A stretch of 24,000 bases of DNA. It comes from Phycisphaerae bacterium (GTDB taxonomy: Bacteria; Planctomycetota; Phycisphaerae; UBA1845; PWPN01). Location of the stretch: positions 1 to 24,000 of the forward strand of contig JAUCQB010000201.1 in NCBI GenBank assembly GCA_030372985.1, written 5' to 3'. Both the position numbers and the translations under genes were made by a program. Below, in pieces: positions 1-7,454 of this stretch. A model generated the notes under the pieces. That model was not told the origin of the DNA and did no database searches. It worked only from the letters and a program-made list of their open reading frames with translations. How positions within the stretch are numbered: position 1 is the stretch's first letter; each line of letters begins with the position of its first letter.

Positions 1-9
1 GTTCGGAAC

Positions 10-42
10 TCGTCGGCAGCGTCAGATGTGTATAAGAGACAG
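10..42 (+). other. Illumina Nextera Read-1 transposase adapter (non-biological, library artefact)
   Basis: Bases 10-42 read TCGTCGGCAGCGTCAGATGTGTATAAGAGACAG. This is the Nextera/Tn5 adapter and includes the 19-nt mosaic end AGATGTGTATAAGAGACAG. Confidence 0.97.
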
Positions 43-93
43 ATGAAAAGCGAGATGATATTCATCAGGCGTTCCTGAGCATCGGGTGTCTGC

Positions 94-443
94 TCATCTG
101 CTGGCACCGGGTTTCAGGGTTTTGTTAGAGATCCTAAGAAGAAGCACATCCCCTGCAACCTGCATGACGCAGGGCATAACCCGGAATATGTCGTCCAGGA
201 AGGTCTCGGCGTCCGGGCGCAGAATCGCCAGGACAACGCCCCCAGACCGGGCAAGTAGCACAAACCGACGGCAATGGCATAGGCGAGATCCGCCCGTCTC
301 CACCTCGGCCGCGGGCTCGGCAGGGGAGCAGATCCGGCGACCTCCAGTTCCTCATGCACTTGCTCCATGTCGAACGGAGTCCCGCACTCCGGACATCGCG
401 GGTCTCGTAGTCCAAAAAGCGTGCAACCGCAATGCCGACACAG
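94..443 (-). pseudogene. Zinc-ribbon (CxxC...CxxC) single-pass membrane protein, apparently frameshifted, start codon unclear
   Basis: The minus frame just after the TGA at 465-467 reads LCRHCGCTLFGLRDPRCPECGTPFDMEQV...ADLAYAIAVGLCYLPGLG. Coding-like third-position GC then moves to a second frame (GGVVLAILRPDAETFLDDIFRVMPCVMQVAGDVLLLRISNKTLKPGASR*, stop at 94-96) at a C5 run at 239-243. Joining the two frames gives one continuous TM helix. The only start-like codon before the first Cys is CTG at 441-443. Confidence 0.35.
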
Positions 444-464
444 GCCGAAGTCAGCGAGCGGTGA

Positions 465-773
465 TCAAAGATAGGCCGTCACAGCCAAACAGAGTACTGC
501 CAAGTAGATTCCAGCCGCAAGAAGCAGCGTCACGCCTGCAGCAATGGGAGACGAGATATCAAAGCTGAACGCAACGCACATGATGGGCCATAAAAAGATC
601 GGGCCAGACACAAGCCACATCCCGATGATCGCCAGACGCATGGGGCTGCGCCGGGTGGCAGCGGGGAGCTCCGCGTCCGCAGGATCGATGTCCGACAGAA
701 AACCGTGATCATCCCAGGATCCCGTCGGCTCACGGGTCCTGGCCATGCTCGGCTTGTCGCTCTCCTCGGTCAT
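465..773 (-). CDS. Small hypothetical membrane protein (two predicted TM helices)
   Basis: 102-aa ORF with an ATG start. It has a polar N-terminus followed by hydrophobic stretches LAIIGMWLVSGPIFLWPIMCVAF and IAAGVTLLLAAGIYLAVLCLAVTAYL. Third-position GC looks coding-like. It lies downstream of cca on the same strand. Confidence 0.55.
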   Translation of the reverse strand: MTEESDKPSMARTREPTGSWDDHGFLSDIDPADAELPAATRRSPMRLAIIGMWLVSGPIFLWPIMCVAFSFDISSPIAAGVTLLLAAGIYLAVLCLAVTAYL

Positions 774-842
774 GCTCGGCGCCCTGTGTATCCGTCACGC
801 TGACCTTCATGGTCCTACCGGCTTGGGATGTCAGTCGCCCCG

Positions 843-2126
843 CTACGGCGAGTCTTCAACACTGGGATTTCGACAGGGCCCCCCATGCTCAGCCTCAGGC
901 TCTGAGCCAGAGAGCAACGCCCGCATTCGCTCAATTGCCTGATCTCTCGACGTCAACTGGTTATCCAATTGCTCGTCGTACAGTCGGTCCAGGATCTCCC
1001 TGAACCGCGGGCCAGGCTCCAGGCCGGCGGCGATCAGGTCATCGCCGGTGACAAACGGTGGGGGGGCTACCTCCTCGGGCGGGATCGACGCCTTCCGTTG
1101 TCGGGCAATCTCGTTGCCCTCCAGCGGCAGCCCGCGAGCCAGACAAATTGCCTTGTGCAGTTCCAGAAGGTCTTCGAAACCCTCGTTGGCAATGAGCATC
1201 TTCATGGCCGGCAGGCACAGCACTTCGGCATGATGAAGGTCGTCAACGTGCTCAATCAGCCAGGCGATGCGTTCGCCCTGCTGGTTGCTGCAGCGCAGAT
1301 CTCGTGCCACCTGCAAAACCGCCGCCGGCGGGTACTCATTGAGCAGGGCCGCCATGCTCAGAACAAAACCCGCCTTCTCCGGCAGGTGGCCCAGCACGCG
1401 AATGCTGTCCGCCACGCGGTCGGGGGGCCAATACCTGTTCGGCCAGAGGTGCGCCAAGACGCCCAGTTCGGCAATCTGCCGAACCGCCTCAGCCCGCGCC
1501 GGGTGGTCCAGCATTCTTTCGAGTTCCTCGTGGATCCGCTCCGGACTGATCCGGCTGATGTGCTCGGCCTGCTCGCGGATGGCAGCCGCCGTTTCCGACT
1601 CGATCGGAAAGCCAAGCCGGGCCGAAAACCGGACCGCCCGCAGCATACGCAGATGATCTTCGGCAAACCGCCGGGCCGGATCGCCGATCGCTCGGATGAT
1701 GCCCGCCTCCAGGTCTTTCCGGCCGCCCACATAGTCAATGACCTGCTTGTCGATGGGGTCGTAGAAGAGCCCGTTGATCGTGAAGTCCCGCCGCTGGGCG
1801 TCCTCTTCGGCGGTGGTAAAAACGACCTTCTCCGGATGGCGCCCATCGCGGTAATCGAGATCGCTGCGGAACGTCGCCGTCTCGATCCAATGGGGTCCCT
1901 GGCGGACCATCACCACGCCGAACTTGGCCCCCACCTTGCGCGTCCGGGTGAACAGGCTGATGATGGTGTCGGGCACGGCATCTGTGGCCACATCAATGTC
2001 GGTCGGCTCCCGACCCAAAAGCATGTCGCGGACGCTGCCGCCGGCCCAGAAGGCCTGATGCCCATGCTGGCGCAGCCTTTGGACCACCCGCAAGGCGGCA
2101 TCATGAACCGATAGCGGCCTTCTCAT
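843..2126 (-). CDS. cca: CCA-adding tRNA nucleotidyltransferase / poly(A) polymerase family
   Basis: 427 aa. Carries the class II nucleotidyltransferase motifs GGSVRDMLLGREPTDIDVAT and RDFTINGLFYD. Its ATG overlaps the rsmD stop (ATGA at 2123-2126). Confidence 0.9.
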   Translation of the reverse strand: MRRPLSVHDAALRVVQRLRQHGHQAFWAGGSVRDMLLGREPTDIDVATDAVPDTIISLFTRTRKVGAKFGVVMVRQGPHWIETATFRSDLDYRDGRHPEKVVFTTAEEDAQRRDFTINGLFYDPIDKQVIDYVGGRKDLEAGIIRAIGDPARRFAEDHLRMLRAVRFSARLGFPIESETAAAIREQAEHISRISPERIHEELERMLDHPARAEAVRQIAELGVLAHLWPNRYWPPDRVADSIRVLGHLPEKAGFVLSMAALLNEYPPAAVLQVARDLRCSNQQGERIAWLIEHVDDLHHAEVLCLPAMKMLIANEGFEDLLELHKAICLARGLPLEGNEIARQRKASIPPEEVAPPPFVTGDDLIAAGLEPGPRFREILDRLYDEQLDNQLTSRDQAIERMRALLSGSEPEAEHGGPCRNPSVEDSP

Positions 2127-2773
2127 CCTGTTTCCTCGTCTCTCGATAGGGCTTCGCTTCGGACCCCCGCCGCGTGCCGAGGCGTGCCCATGAAGCGGAA
2201 GGTCATCGAGCCCACATCCCGCCGTTCGATCTCAACCAGCGGGGCCAGGCTTGGGCCGCCCAGGGGAGTCCGTGGATGCCGAACCACGATCATGGCACCA
2301 TCGGCAATGACCGGGTCGAGGGCCAGCTTCTGGAGCAGCGGCCGGAGGTATGGGTGGGGTGACGGCCCGATCAGCAGACGGTAGGGGGGGTCTACCAGTA
2401 CCAGCGAATAGACTCCCGGCGAGCCTTGCGGCCGTGGAAACTGACATTGGGTCGCGTCGGCACAGAGCACTTGGCCCTGGCCCTCAAGGATACCCAGAGA
2501 AGCGAGATTCTCGCGGATCAGAGCCACGGTCGGACGGTGCTGTTCAACAAACAGCGCAAAGCCGGCCCCTCTGGACAGGCACTCGATGCCGAGCGTCCCG
2601 GTACCCGCGAAGAGATCCAGCACCGCCAGCGGCGGCAGCGTCCCCGGACGTGCGAGGCGATGTCCAAGAACATCGAACAGCACCGTCTTGGCACGATCAG
2701 TGATCGGGCGGGTCCGGCCTCCCGCGGGTCCGGCAATCTGACGCCCTCGCCATTGTCCCGCAATAATCCGCAT
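2123..2773 (-). CDS. rsmD: 16S rRNA (guanine966-N2)-methyltransferase RsmD
   Basis: The internal ATG at 2771-2773 gives the N-terminus MRIIAGQWRGRQI typical of RsmD. SAM motif VLDLFAGTGTLGIE and DPPY motif (VLVDPPY) are present. The longer ORF up to 3289 overlaps the opposite-strand YkgJ-like gene and is rejected. Confidence 0.85.
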   Translation of the reverse strand: MRIIAGQWRGRQIAGPAGGRTRPITDRAKTVLFDVLGHRLARPGTLPPLAVLDLFAGTGTLGIECLSRGAGFALFVEQHRPTVALIRENLASLGILEGQGQVLCADATQCQFPRPQGSPGVYSLVLVDPPYRLLIGPSPHPYLRPLLQKLALDPVIADGAMIVVRHPRTPLGGPSLAPLVEIERRDVGSMTFRFMGTPRHAAGVRSEALSRDEETG

Positions 2774-2918
2774 AAAGACCAGCGTATCCCCCCGCGTTTT
2801 CTCTCGCAACGTCCAAGAGCAACGGCCCTCTTTTTCGGGCCCCACGAGTCGTCGAGCGGACTCTTGTTCCCCGAAGGTGATGCCCCATCCCATGGGAGCG
2901 ATGACCAGCCTGCCCATA

Positions 2919-2947
2919 TTGCCGCAAACATCGCTTTTCCGTACAAT
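2919..2947 (+). promoter_or_regulatory. Sigma70-like promoter (TTGCCG-17 nt-TACAAT) for the YkgJ-like/hisS operon
   Basis: -35 TTGCCG at 2919-2924, a 17-nt spacer, and -10 TACAAT at 2942-2947. It sits about 30 nt upstream of ATG 2978 in the divergent intergenic region. Confidence 0.45.
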
Positions 2948-2977
2948 CCTGCCTTTGTCCGTGGAGACCATGGCGTT

Positions 2978-3475
2978 ATGAAACGACCGACAGACTCTCG
3001 TTCGACCGACCTGTGCGGCAAGTGCGTCGGCCTTTGCTGCCGCTACTTTGCTCTGGCCATCGACAAGCCGGAAACCCGCCGGGATTTCGAGGATATCCGC
3101 TGGTACCTCCTCCATGAAGACAGCACCGTGTTTGTCGAGGACGGCCAGTGGTACCTGCAGATCAACCGCAAGTGCCGGGCGTTGCTGCCCGACAACCGCT
3201 GCGCGATCTACGAGAAACGGCCGCCTATTTGCAGGTCCTACAACACCGAGAAGTGCGATTGGCACGGCGACGAATACGAATATGAGCACGTTTTCGTGGA
3301 TCCGGATGACGTCGCCCGTTATGCCACGGAGTACCTGTCGAAGAAACGAAAACGCCAGGCGGCCCGCAAGCGCCGGACGGCCGCGACCGCGAAGAAGGGA
3401 CGGCAGCTCAGGGTCCGCCGAACCGGCTCGGCTCGACGGCCGCGCATCGCGATCCCGCTGCTCAAGTCGGCGTGA
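2978..3475 (+). CDS. YkgJ/UPF0153-family Cys-cluster (Fe-S or Zn) protein with a Lys/Arg-rich C-terminal tail
   Basis: Motifs CGKCVGLCCRYF and CRALLPDNRCAIYEKRPPICRSY match the CxxCxxCC-type putative zinc/iron-chelating domain. The C-terminus is SKKRKRQAARKRRTAATAKKGRQLRVRRTGSARRPR. The ATG at 2978 is in frame with track ORF 2426..3475. Confidence 0.75.
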   Translation: MKRPTDSRSTDLCGKCVGLCCRYFALAIDKPETRRDFEDIRWYLLHEDSTVFVEDGQWYLQINRKCRALLPDNRCAIYEKRPPICRSYNTEKCDWHGDEYEYEHVFVDPDDVARYATEYLSKKRKRQAARKRRTAATAKKGRQLRVRRTGSARRPRIAIPLLKSA

Positions 3476-3507
3476 ACCGCCTCATCCATCGGCCGAAAGT
3501 GAAGAAC

Positions 3508-4833
3508 ATGAAGTTCCAGGCACCCAAGGGCACAAGAGATTTCTACCCCGAAGATATGGCGGCGCGCAACTGGATCATGGAAATCTGGCGCCGCGTCTCG
3601 CTTCGCAACGGATTCGAGGAGTACGACGGACCGATCTTCGAGCTGCTGGACCTGTATAAGGCCAAGAGCGGCGAGGGCATCGTCTCCGAGCTTTTCCATT
3701 TCGAGGATCGAGGCGGGCGCGAGCTGGCCATCAGGCCGGAGATGACCCCGACGCTCGCCCGCATGATCGCCGCCCGGGCCAACTCCCTGTCGCGGCCTAT
3801 CAAGTGGTTCAGCCTGCCGAGGCTCTGCCGCGCGGAGCGTCCGCAACGGGGCCGGTTGCGGGAGTTCTTTCAATGGAACATCGACGTCGTCGGCATCGAC
3901 GATGTGGTCAGCGATGCCGAGTGCATCCTGGTGGCCATTGATTTCTTCCGTGAAGTCGGACTTACCCCCGACGACGTGGTGATGAAGGTCAACTCCCGCT
4001 CGCTTCTGTCATCGCTCCTTGCGGCCCAAGGCTTTGAGAAGCAGCGGCACGAGGAGATCTTCGCGGTTCTCGACAAGCGAGACAAGCTTTCGTGGGAGGC
4101 ATTCGTCGAAACCGTTGAAAAGGTGAGTCGCGACGGCGAGGAGAAAACCACGCTCTTGAGTATTGGCCAGGCTGCCGGTCCCGAAGGTTTGGCCGGTTTG
4201 ACGGAGATGGCAAAGGAAAACGCGGCGGCCGAGGCGGAATTGGACCGCCTCAGGCAACTGCTCGCCCTGCTCACCAGCATGGGCGTCGGAGAGTACTGCC
4301 GGTTCGACATGGGTGTGGTTCGTGGGCTGGCATACTACACCGGCGTGGTGTTTGAGGCGTTCGGCAAGGGCGAGTTCCAGCGGGCGATCTGCGGTGGGGG
4401 GCGGTACGGGCGGCTTCTCGAAGCGGTGGGCGGCCCGCCGATGTCCGGCATCGGCTTCGGCACCAGCGACGTGGTCATCTTGACGCTGCTCGCCGAACTG
4501 AACCGATTGCCTGCCGAGGCAACGAAAGCCAGGCGGGTCGATCTGTTTCTGATCGACGCCGACCCGAGCCTGTTCGACGAAGTGCTGGCCTTGGCCGCCC
4601 GGCTGCGGAGGATCGGCCTTGCCGCCGAGTTCAGCTACCGCCGCCAGGCGCTTGGCAAGCAGCTCAAGCAGGCCTCGGCGTGCAGCGCCTCGCGAGCCGT
4701 GATTGTCGGGAGCGAATACACGCAGAGGCAGGCCGTCAGCGTGAAGGACCTGGCCAGCGGCGAACAGGTGGAGATCGGCGTCGACCGCTTTCTGGCGAAT
4801 CCGCACGGCTGGCCGTGGTCAGACAGCGATTGA
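3508..4833 (+). CDS. hisS: Histidine--tRNA ligase
   Basis: The N-terminus MKFQAPKGTRDFYPED is the canonical HisS start. Class II aaRS motifs are present, including RAERPQRGRLREFFQWNIDVVG and GGGRYGRL. An alternative GTG at 3472 overlaps the upstream stop. Confidence 0.93.
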   Translation: MKFQAPKGTRDFYPEDMAARNWIMEIWRRVSLRNGFEEYDGPIFELLDLYKAKSGEGIVSELFHFEDRGGRELAIRPEMTPTLARMIAARANSLSRPIKWFSLPRLCRAERPQRGRLREFFQWNIDVVGIDDVVSDAECILVAIDFFREVGLTPDDVVMKVNSRSLLSSLLAAQGFEKQRHEEIFAVLDKRDKLSWEAFVETVEKVSRDGEEKTTLLSIGQAAGPEGLAGLTEMAKENAAAEAELDRLRQLLALLTSMGVGEYCRFDMGVVRGLAYYTGVVFEAFGKGEFQRAICGGGRYGRLLEAVGGPPMSGIGFGTSDVVILTLLAELNRLPAEATKARRVDLFLIDADPSLFDEVLALAARLRRIGLAAEFSYRRQALGKQLKQASACSASRAVIVGSEYTQRQAVSVKDLASGEQVEIGVDRFLANPHGWPWSDSD

Positions 4834-4850
4834 GCACGGAATCATCGACG

Positions 4851-5420
4851 ATGGCTCGTAACCGCGACCATTACGAGTCGGCTTTCGAGGACTACCTGCA
4901 AGTCAGGACCATACCCTTCGTGTCCGTGGACGAAACGCGGCGGGCGGTCTTCGCGGGAACGAAGATCAAATCCTTTGACTACGTCGTCTATCCGCCCGCC
5001 GGGCGGGCGTGGCTGGTCGATGTCAAGGGCCGGCATTTCCCATACGTCGACGAGCAGGGGGGTACCAAGCGTTATTGGGAAAGCTGGATCACGCGGGAGG
5101 ACCTGGCCGGGCTGGCGGACTGGGAATCGGCCTTCGGCGACGAATACGAGGCGCGGTTGGTGTTCGCATACCTGTTGCAGGGGCCGCCGGATCGCTGGCC
5201 GGCGGTCACGCCCCATCTGTTCGAAGGAGAATGCTACGCTTTCTACACCGCCGGCCTGGCTGACTACCGCGAGGCGTGTCGTGATCGCTCAGATCGTTGG
5301 CAGACGGTCTCCGTGCCCAACAGCGCTTTCCGGAGGATTGTCCGGCCGCTGGACGCCCTCCTGCCAGGATCTCCGCCATTGTGCCCGTCGGGCGGAATGC
5401 CGGGCGGCCTTTCGCCCTGA
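4851..5420 (+). CDS. HYExAFE-signature protein with a predicted PD-(D/E)xK nuclease-like core
   Basis: ATG at 4851, 17 nt after the hisS stop. N-terminus is MARNRDHYESAFEDYL. It contains FDYVVYPPAGRAWLVDVKGRHF, a D...D-x-K arrangement typical of the restriction-endonuclease-like fold. Confidence 0.7.
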   Translation: MARNRDHYESAFEDYLQVRTIPFVSVDETRRAVFAGTKIKSFDYVVYPPAGRAWLVDVKGRHFPYVDEQGGTKRYWESWITREDLAGLADWESAFGDEYEARLVFAYLLQGPPDRWPAVTPHLFEGECYAFYTAGLADYREACRDRSDRWQTVSVPNSAFRRIVRPLDALLPGSPPLCPSGGMPGGLSP

Positions 5421-5438
5421 GTCGCCCGTGCCTATAAT
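5411..5438 (+). promoter_or_regulatory. Putative promoter with perfect -10 TATAAT and weak -35
   Basis: TATAAT at 5433-5438. The weak -35 TTCGCC lies at 5411-5416 with a 16-nt spacer. It sits in the gap between the HYExAFE gene stop (5420) and the small-ORF cluster. Confidence 0.4.
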
Positions 5439-5486
5439 GTGTCGAATACCGGTAAATCGAAAACGATGGTCGATAGGACAAAACCC

Positions 5487-5684
5487 ATGATTCGAAGAGT
5501 GTTGTGCTTCCTGACTGGTTTGCTGCTGGCGGTTGGTCCGGCTCTGGCGCAAGGGTCGTCCGAAGGACCAACCTACAACTTCAAACCAAGATCGACGATG
5601 ATCGAGTGGGTCATCGGGACGATCTTCCTCATCGGTTGCCTTGTGGTCGCCTTCAAACCCAGCAAGCGGTCGAACCTGAAGTGA
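5487..5684 (+). CDS. Small exported protein with a signal peptide and a C-terminal TM anchor
   Basis: MIRRVLCFLTGLLLAVGPALAQG looks like a Sec signal peptide with an ALA-Q cleavage site. The C-terminal helix MIEWVIGTIFLIGCLVVAF is followed by the basic tail KPSKRSNLK. Alternative starts are GTG 5439 and ATG 5466. Confidence 0.55.
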   Translation: MIRRVLCFLTGLLLAVGPALAQGSSEGPTYNFKPRSTMIEWVIGTIFLIGCLVVAFKPSKRSNLK

Positions 5685-5730
5685 CCGCCATGCGAGGGCC
5701 AGTGTGCTTTCATTATGGAGGACCCTGGGA

Positions 5731-6021
5731 ATGAGCAAACAAGCCTTGATCGTCGTCCTGGTGGGTGTCAATTTGCTGCTGCTCGGCGGCCTGATCCTCT
5801 CGAACTACTCACTGCCTGAGGCCAAGGCTCAGCCGGTCAGCCTGCGGGGCGAGTTCATTCTCATTTCGGCCCAGGCGGAGAGGAACAACGACACCATCTA
5901 TCTTCTCGACCTGGCCCGGCGCCAGATGCACGCTTTTCGCGCGCAGGTGCCCCAGATGATCGAGCAGCCGATGATGGTTCGCTGGTACCACTCGCGTGAC
6001 CTGGTGCGGGATTTCCGCTGA
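5731..6021 (+). CDS. Small N-terminally membrane-anchored protein (paralog A)
   Basis: ATG at 5731 is preceded by GGAG at 5717-5720. The TM helix is ALIVVLVGVNLLLLGGLILS. A soluble domain of about 60 aa follows, containing GEFILISAQAERNNDTIYLLDLARRQMHAF. Confidence 0.6.
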   Translation: MSKQALIVVLVGVNLLLLGGLILSNYSLPEAKAQPVSLRGEFILISAQAERNNDTIYLLDLARRQMHAFRAQVPQMIEQPMMVRWYHSRDLVRDFR

Positions 6022-6034
6022 AAGGGGGATGACA

Positions 6035-6352
6035 ATGAACAGCAAAGACTTCGCGATTGGCGTCCTGACCGTGACCGCCGTCATCCTGCTCACCGGGTTG
6101 ATTATCATCCATGCCGTCAGCCCCAAGCAGGCCATGGCCATCGGACAGAACGCCGAGGGCGGCGACTACCTGGTGACGACCAGCCAGTACAACGATTACA
6201 CGGAATTGCTGATGGTCTTCGACACCGCCCAGATGAAGATGAACGCCTACGTGTTCAATCCTCAGACGGGCCAGGTCGAGCTCCTGCAGCCGCCCATCCC
6301 GATCCTCCGCCAGATACAGGAACCCGCGAGACCGACCGGACGTACGAGATGA
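6035..6352 (+). CDS. Small N-terminally membrane-anchored protein (paralog B)
   Basis: AAAGGGGG at 6021-6028 precedes ATG 6029 and ATG 6035. The TM helix is FAIGVLTVTAVILLTGLIIIHAV. The domain GDYLVTTSQYNDYTELLMVFDTAQMKMNAY aligns without gaps to the upstream ORF. Confidence 0.6.
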   Translation: MNSKDFAIGVLTVTAVILLTGLIIIHAVSPKQAMAIGQNAEGGDYLVTTSQYNDYTELLMVFDTAQMKMNAYVFNPQTGQVELLQPPIPILRQIQEPARPTGRTR

Positions 6353-6395
6353 GAATCGCCTCCCCGCCGCAAGGCGCGAGCCGGTGCGGGCCCGC

Positions 6396-7451
6396 ATGAA
6401 CGCACAGGAACCCCGTCCCATGTCCGATCTGATCCGGGCGATCGTTCAACAGGTCATCGGCGGCACCCCCGTGACGCGGTCTCAGGCCGAGCAGCTCGTT
6501 CGGTCCGAACGCGCGAGCCTGCCTGAGCTGTTCGCCGGGGCAAGCCGGATCCGAGAACATTACCTCGGCCCCAAGGTCCGCTGTTGCAGTATCGTCGCAT
6601 CGAAGGTGGGTTTGTGCGATCAGGACTGCGCATTCTGCAGCCAGTCCGCACACTACCGAACACACGTCACGGCGGGCGGAACCGTCGAGGGGCAGGAGGT
6701 GCTCGCGGTCTCGCGGCAGGCCGCGGACAACGGCGCCCAGTCTTTCGGCATCGTCAACAGCGGCCTGGGACCCGGCGATGATGAGATTGAAGAGTGGGGC
6801 GATGTCATCCGGGCAATCCGGCGGGAAGGGCGGGTGCGGGCATGCGCCTCGCTGGGCGTCCTGACCTTCGAGCAGGCCCGACGTCTGGCCGAAGCCGGCG
6901 TCCAACGATACAACCACAACCTCCAGACCTCTCGACGACATTTTCCGAGCATCGTGACCACGCACACATACGACGATCGACTCAAAACGCTGCGGAATCT
7001 GCGGGCGGCCGGCATTGAGTTGTGCTGCGGAGCCCTCTTTAGGATGGGTGAAACCTGGCAGGATCGTCTCGATCTAGCCTTCGAGCTGCGCGAGCTCAAT
7101 CCCGAGGTCGTGCCCATCAACTTCCTTATTCCAATCGCCGGTACGCCGCTCGAGCACAACAGGGCACTTGAACCGCTTGAATGCCTGCGGATCATCGCCG
7201 TTTATCGTTTCATTCTTCCGTCGCAGCGCATCAATATCGCCGGCGGCAGAGAGGTCAATCTGCGAGACCTTCAAAGCTGGATGTTCCTTGCCGGGGCGGA
7301 CAGCTTCATGATGGGCAACTATCTGACGACTTGTGGCCGCTCAGCCGGCGAGGACCTGCGCATGATTCGCGACCTCGGCCTGGAACTCGAACCGTATCTC
7401 CGCCCGGCTGCCGCGTCTGATGAAGCTCATCGATCTCACATGCCTGCCTGA
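6396..7451 (+). CDS. bioB: Biotin synthase (radical SAM)
   Basis: Contains CDQDCAFCSQS (CxxxCxxC), YNHNLQTS, GIELCCGALFRMGET and PINFLIPIAGTPL. Alternative starts are GTG 6384 and ATG 6420. Confidence 0.9.
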   Translation: MNAQEPRPMSDLIRAIVQQVIGGTPVTRSQAEQLVRSERASLPELFAGASRIREHYLGPKVRCCSIVASKVGLCDQDCAFCSQSAHYRTHVTAGGTVEGQEVLAVSRQAADNGAQSFGIVNSGLGPGDDEIEEWGDVIRAIRREGRVRACASLGVLTFEQARRLAEAGVQRYNHNLQTSRRHFPSIVTTHTYDDRLKTLRNLRAAGIELCCGALFRMGETWQDRLDLAFELRELNPEVVPINFLIPIAGTPLEHNRALEPLECLRIIAVYRFILPSQRINIAGGREVNLRDLQSWMFLAGADSFMMGNYLTTCGRSAGEDLRMIRDLGLELEPYLRPAAASDEAHRSHMPA

Positions 7452-7454
7452 AAA

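Noticed and set aside
745-780. 10-bp direct repeat CATGCTCGGC at 745-754 and 771-780
   Set aside because: Both copies lie within or at the 5' end of the 465..773 ORF (GCCGAGCATG on the coding strand) and simply provide two in-frame Met codons. A short repeat of this kind is consistent with chance.
969-2114. 381-aa plus-strand ORF antisense to cca
   Set aside because: It is a shadow ORF typical of high-GC DNA. The translation is Arg/Pro/Gly/Ala-rich with no recognisable motifs, and it is fully covered by the well-supported cca gene on the other strand.
2426-2977. N-terminal 184 codons of track ORF 2426..3475
   Set aside because: This part is low-complexity (R/P/S-rich) and antisense to rsmD. 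Recognisable YkgJ-family sequence and a promoter-plus-ATG arrangement begin only at 2978.
2774-3289. Upstream extension of the rsmD ORF (388-aa version)
   Set aside because: RsmD homology starts at MRIIAGQWRG (ATG 2773). The extension overlaps the opposite-strand YkgJ-like gene and its promoter.
4009-4806. 265-aa minus-strand ORF inside hisS
   Set aside because: It is antisense to a confidently identified hisS and has no motifs. This is high-GC frame-shadow composition.
6255-6965. 236-aa minus-strand ORF across the bioB 5' region
   Set aside because: It is antisense to bioB and to small ORF paralog B. No family resemblance was seen.
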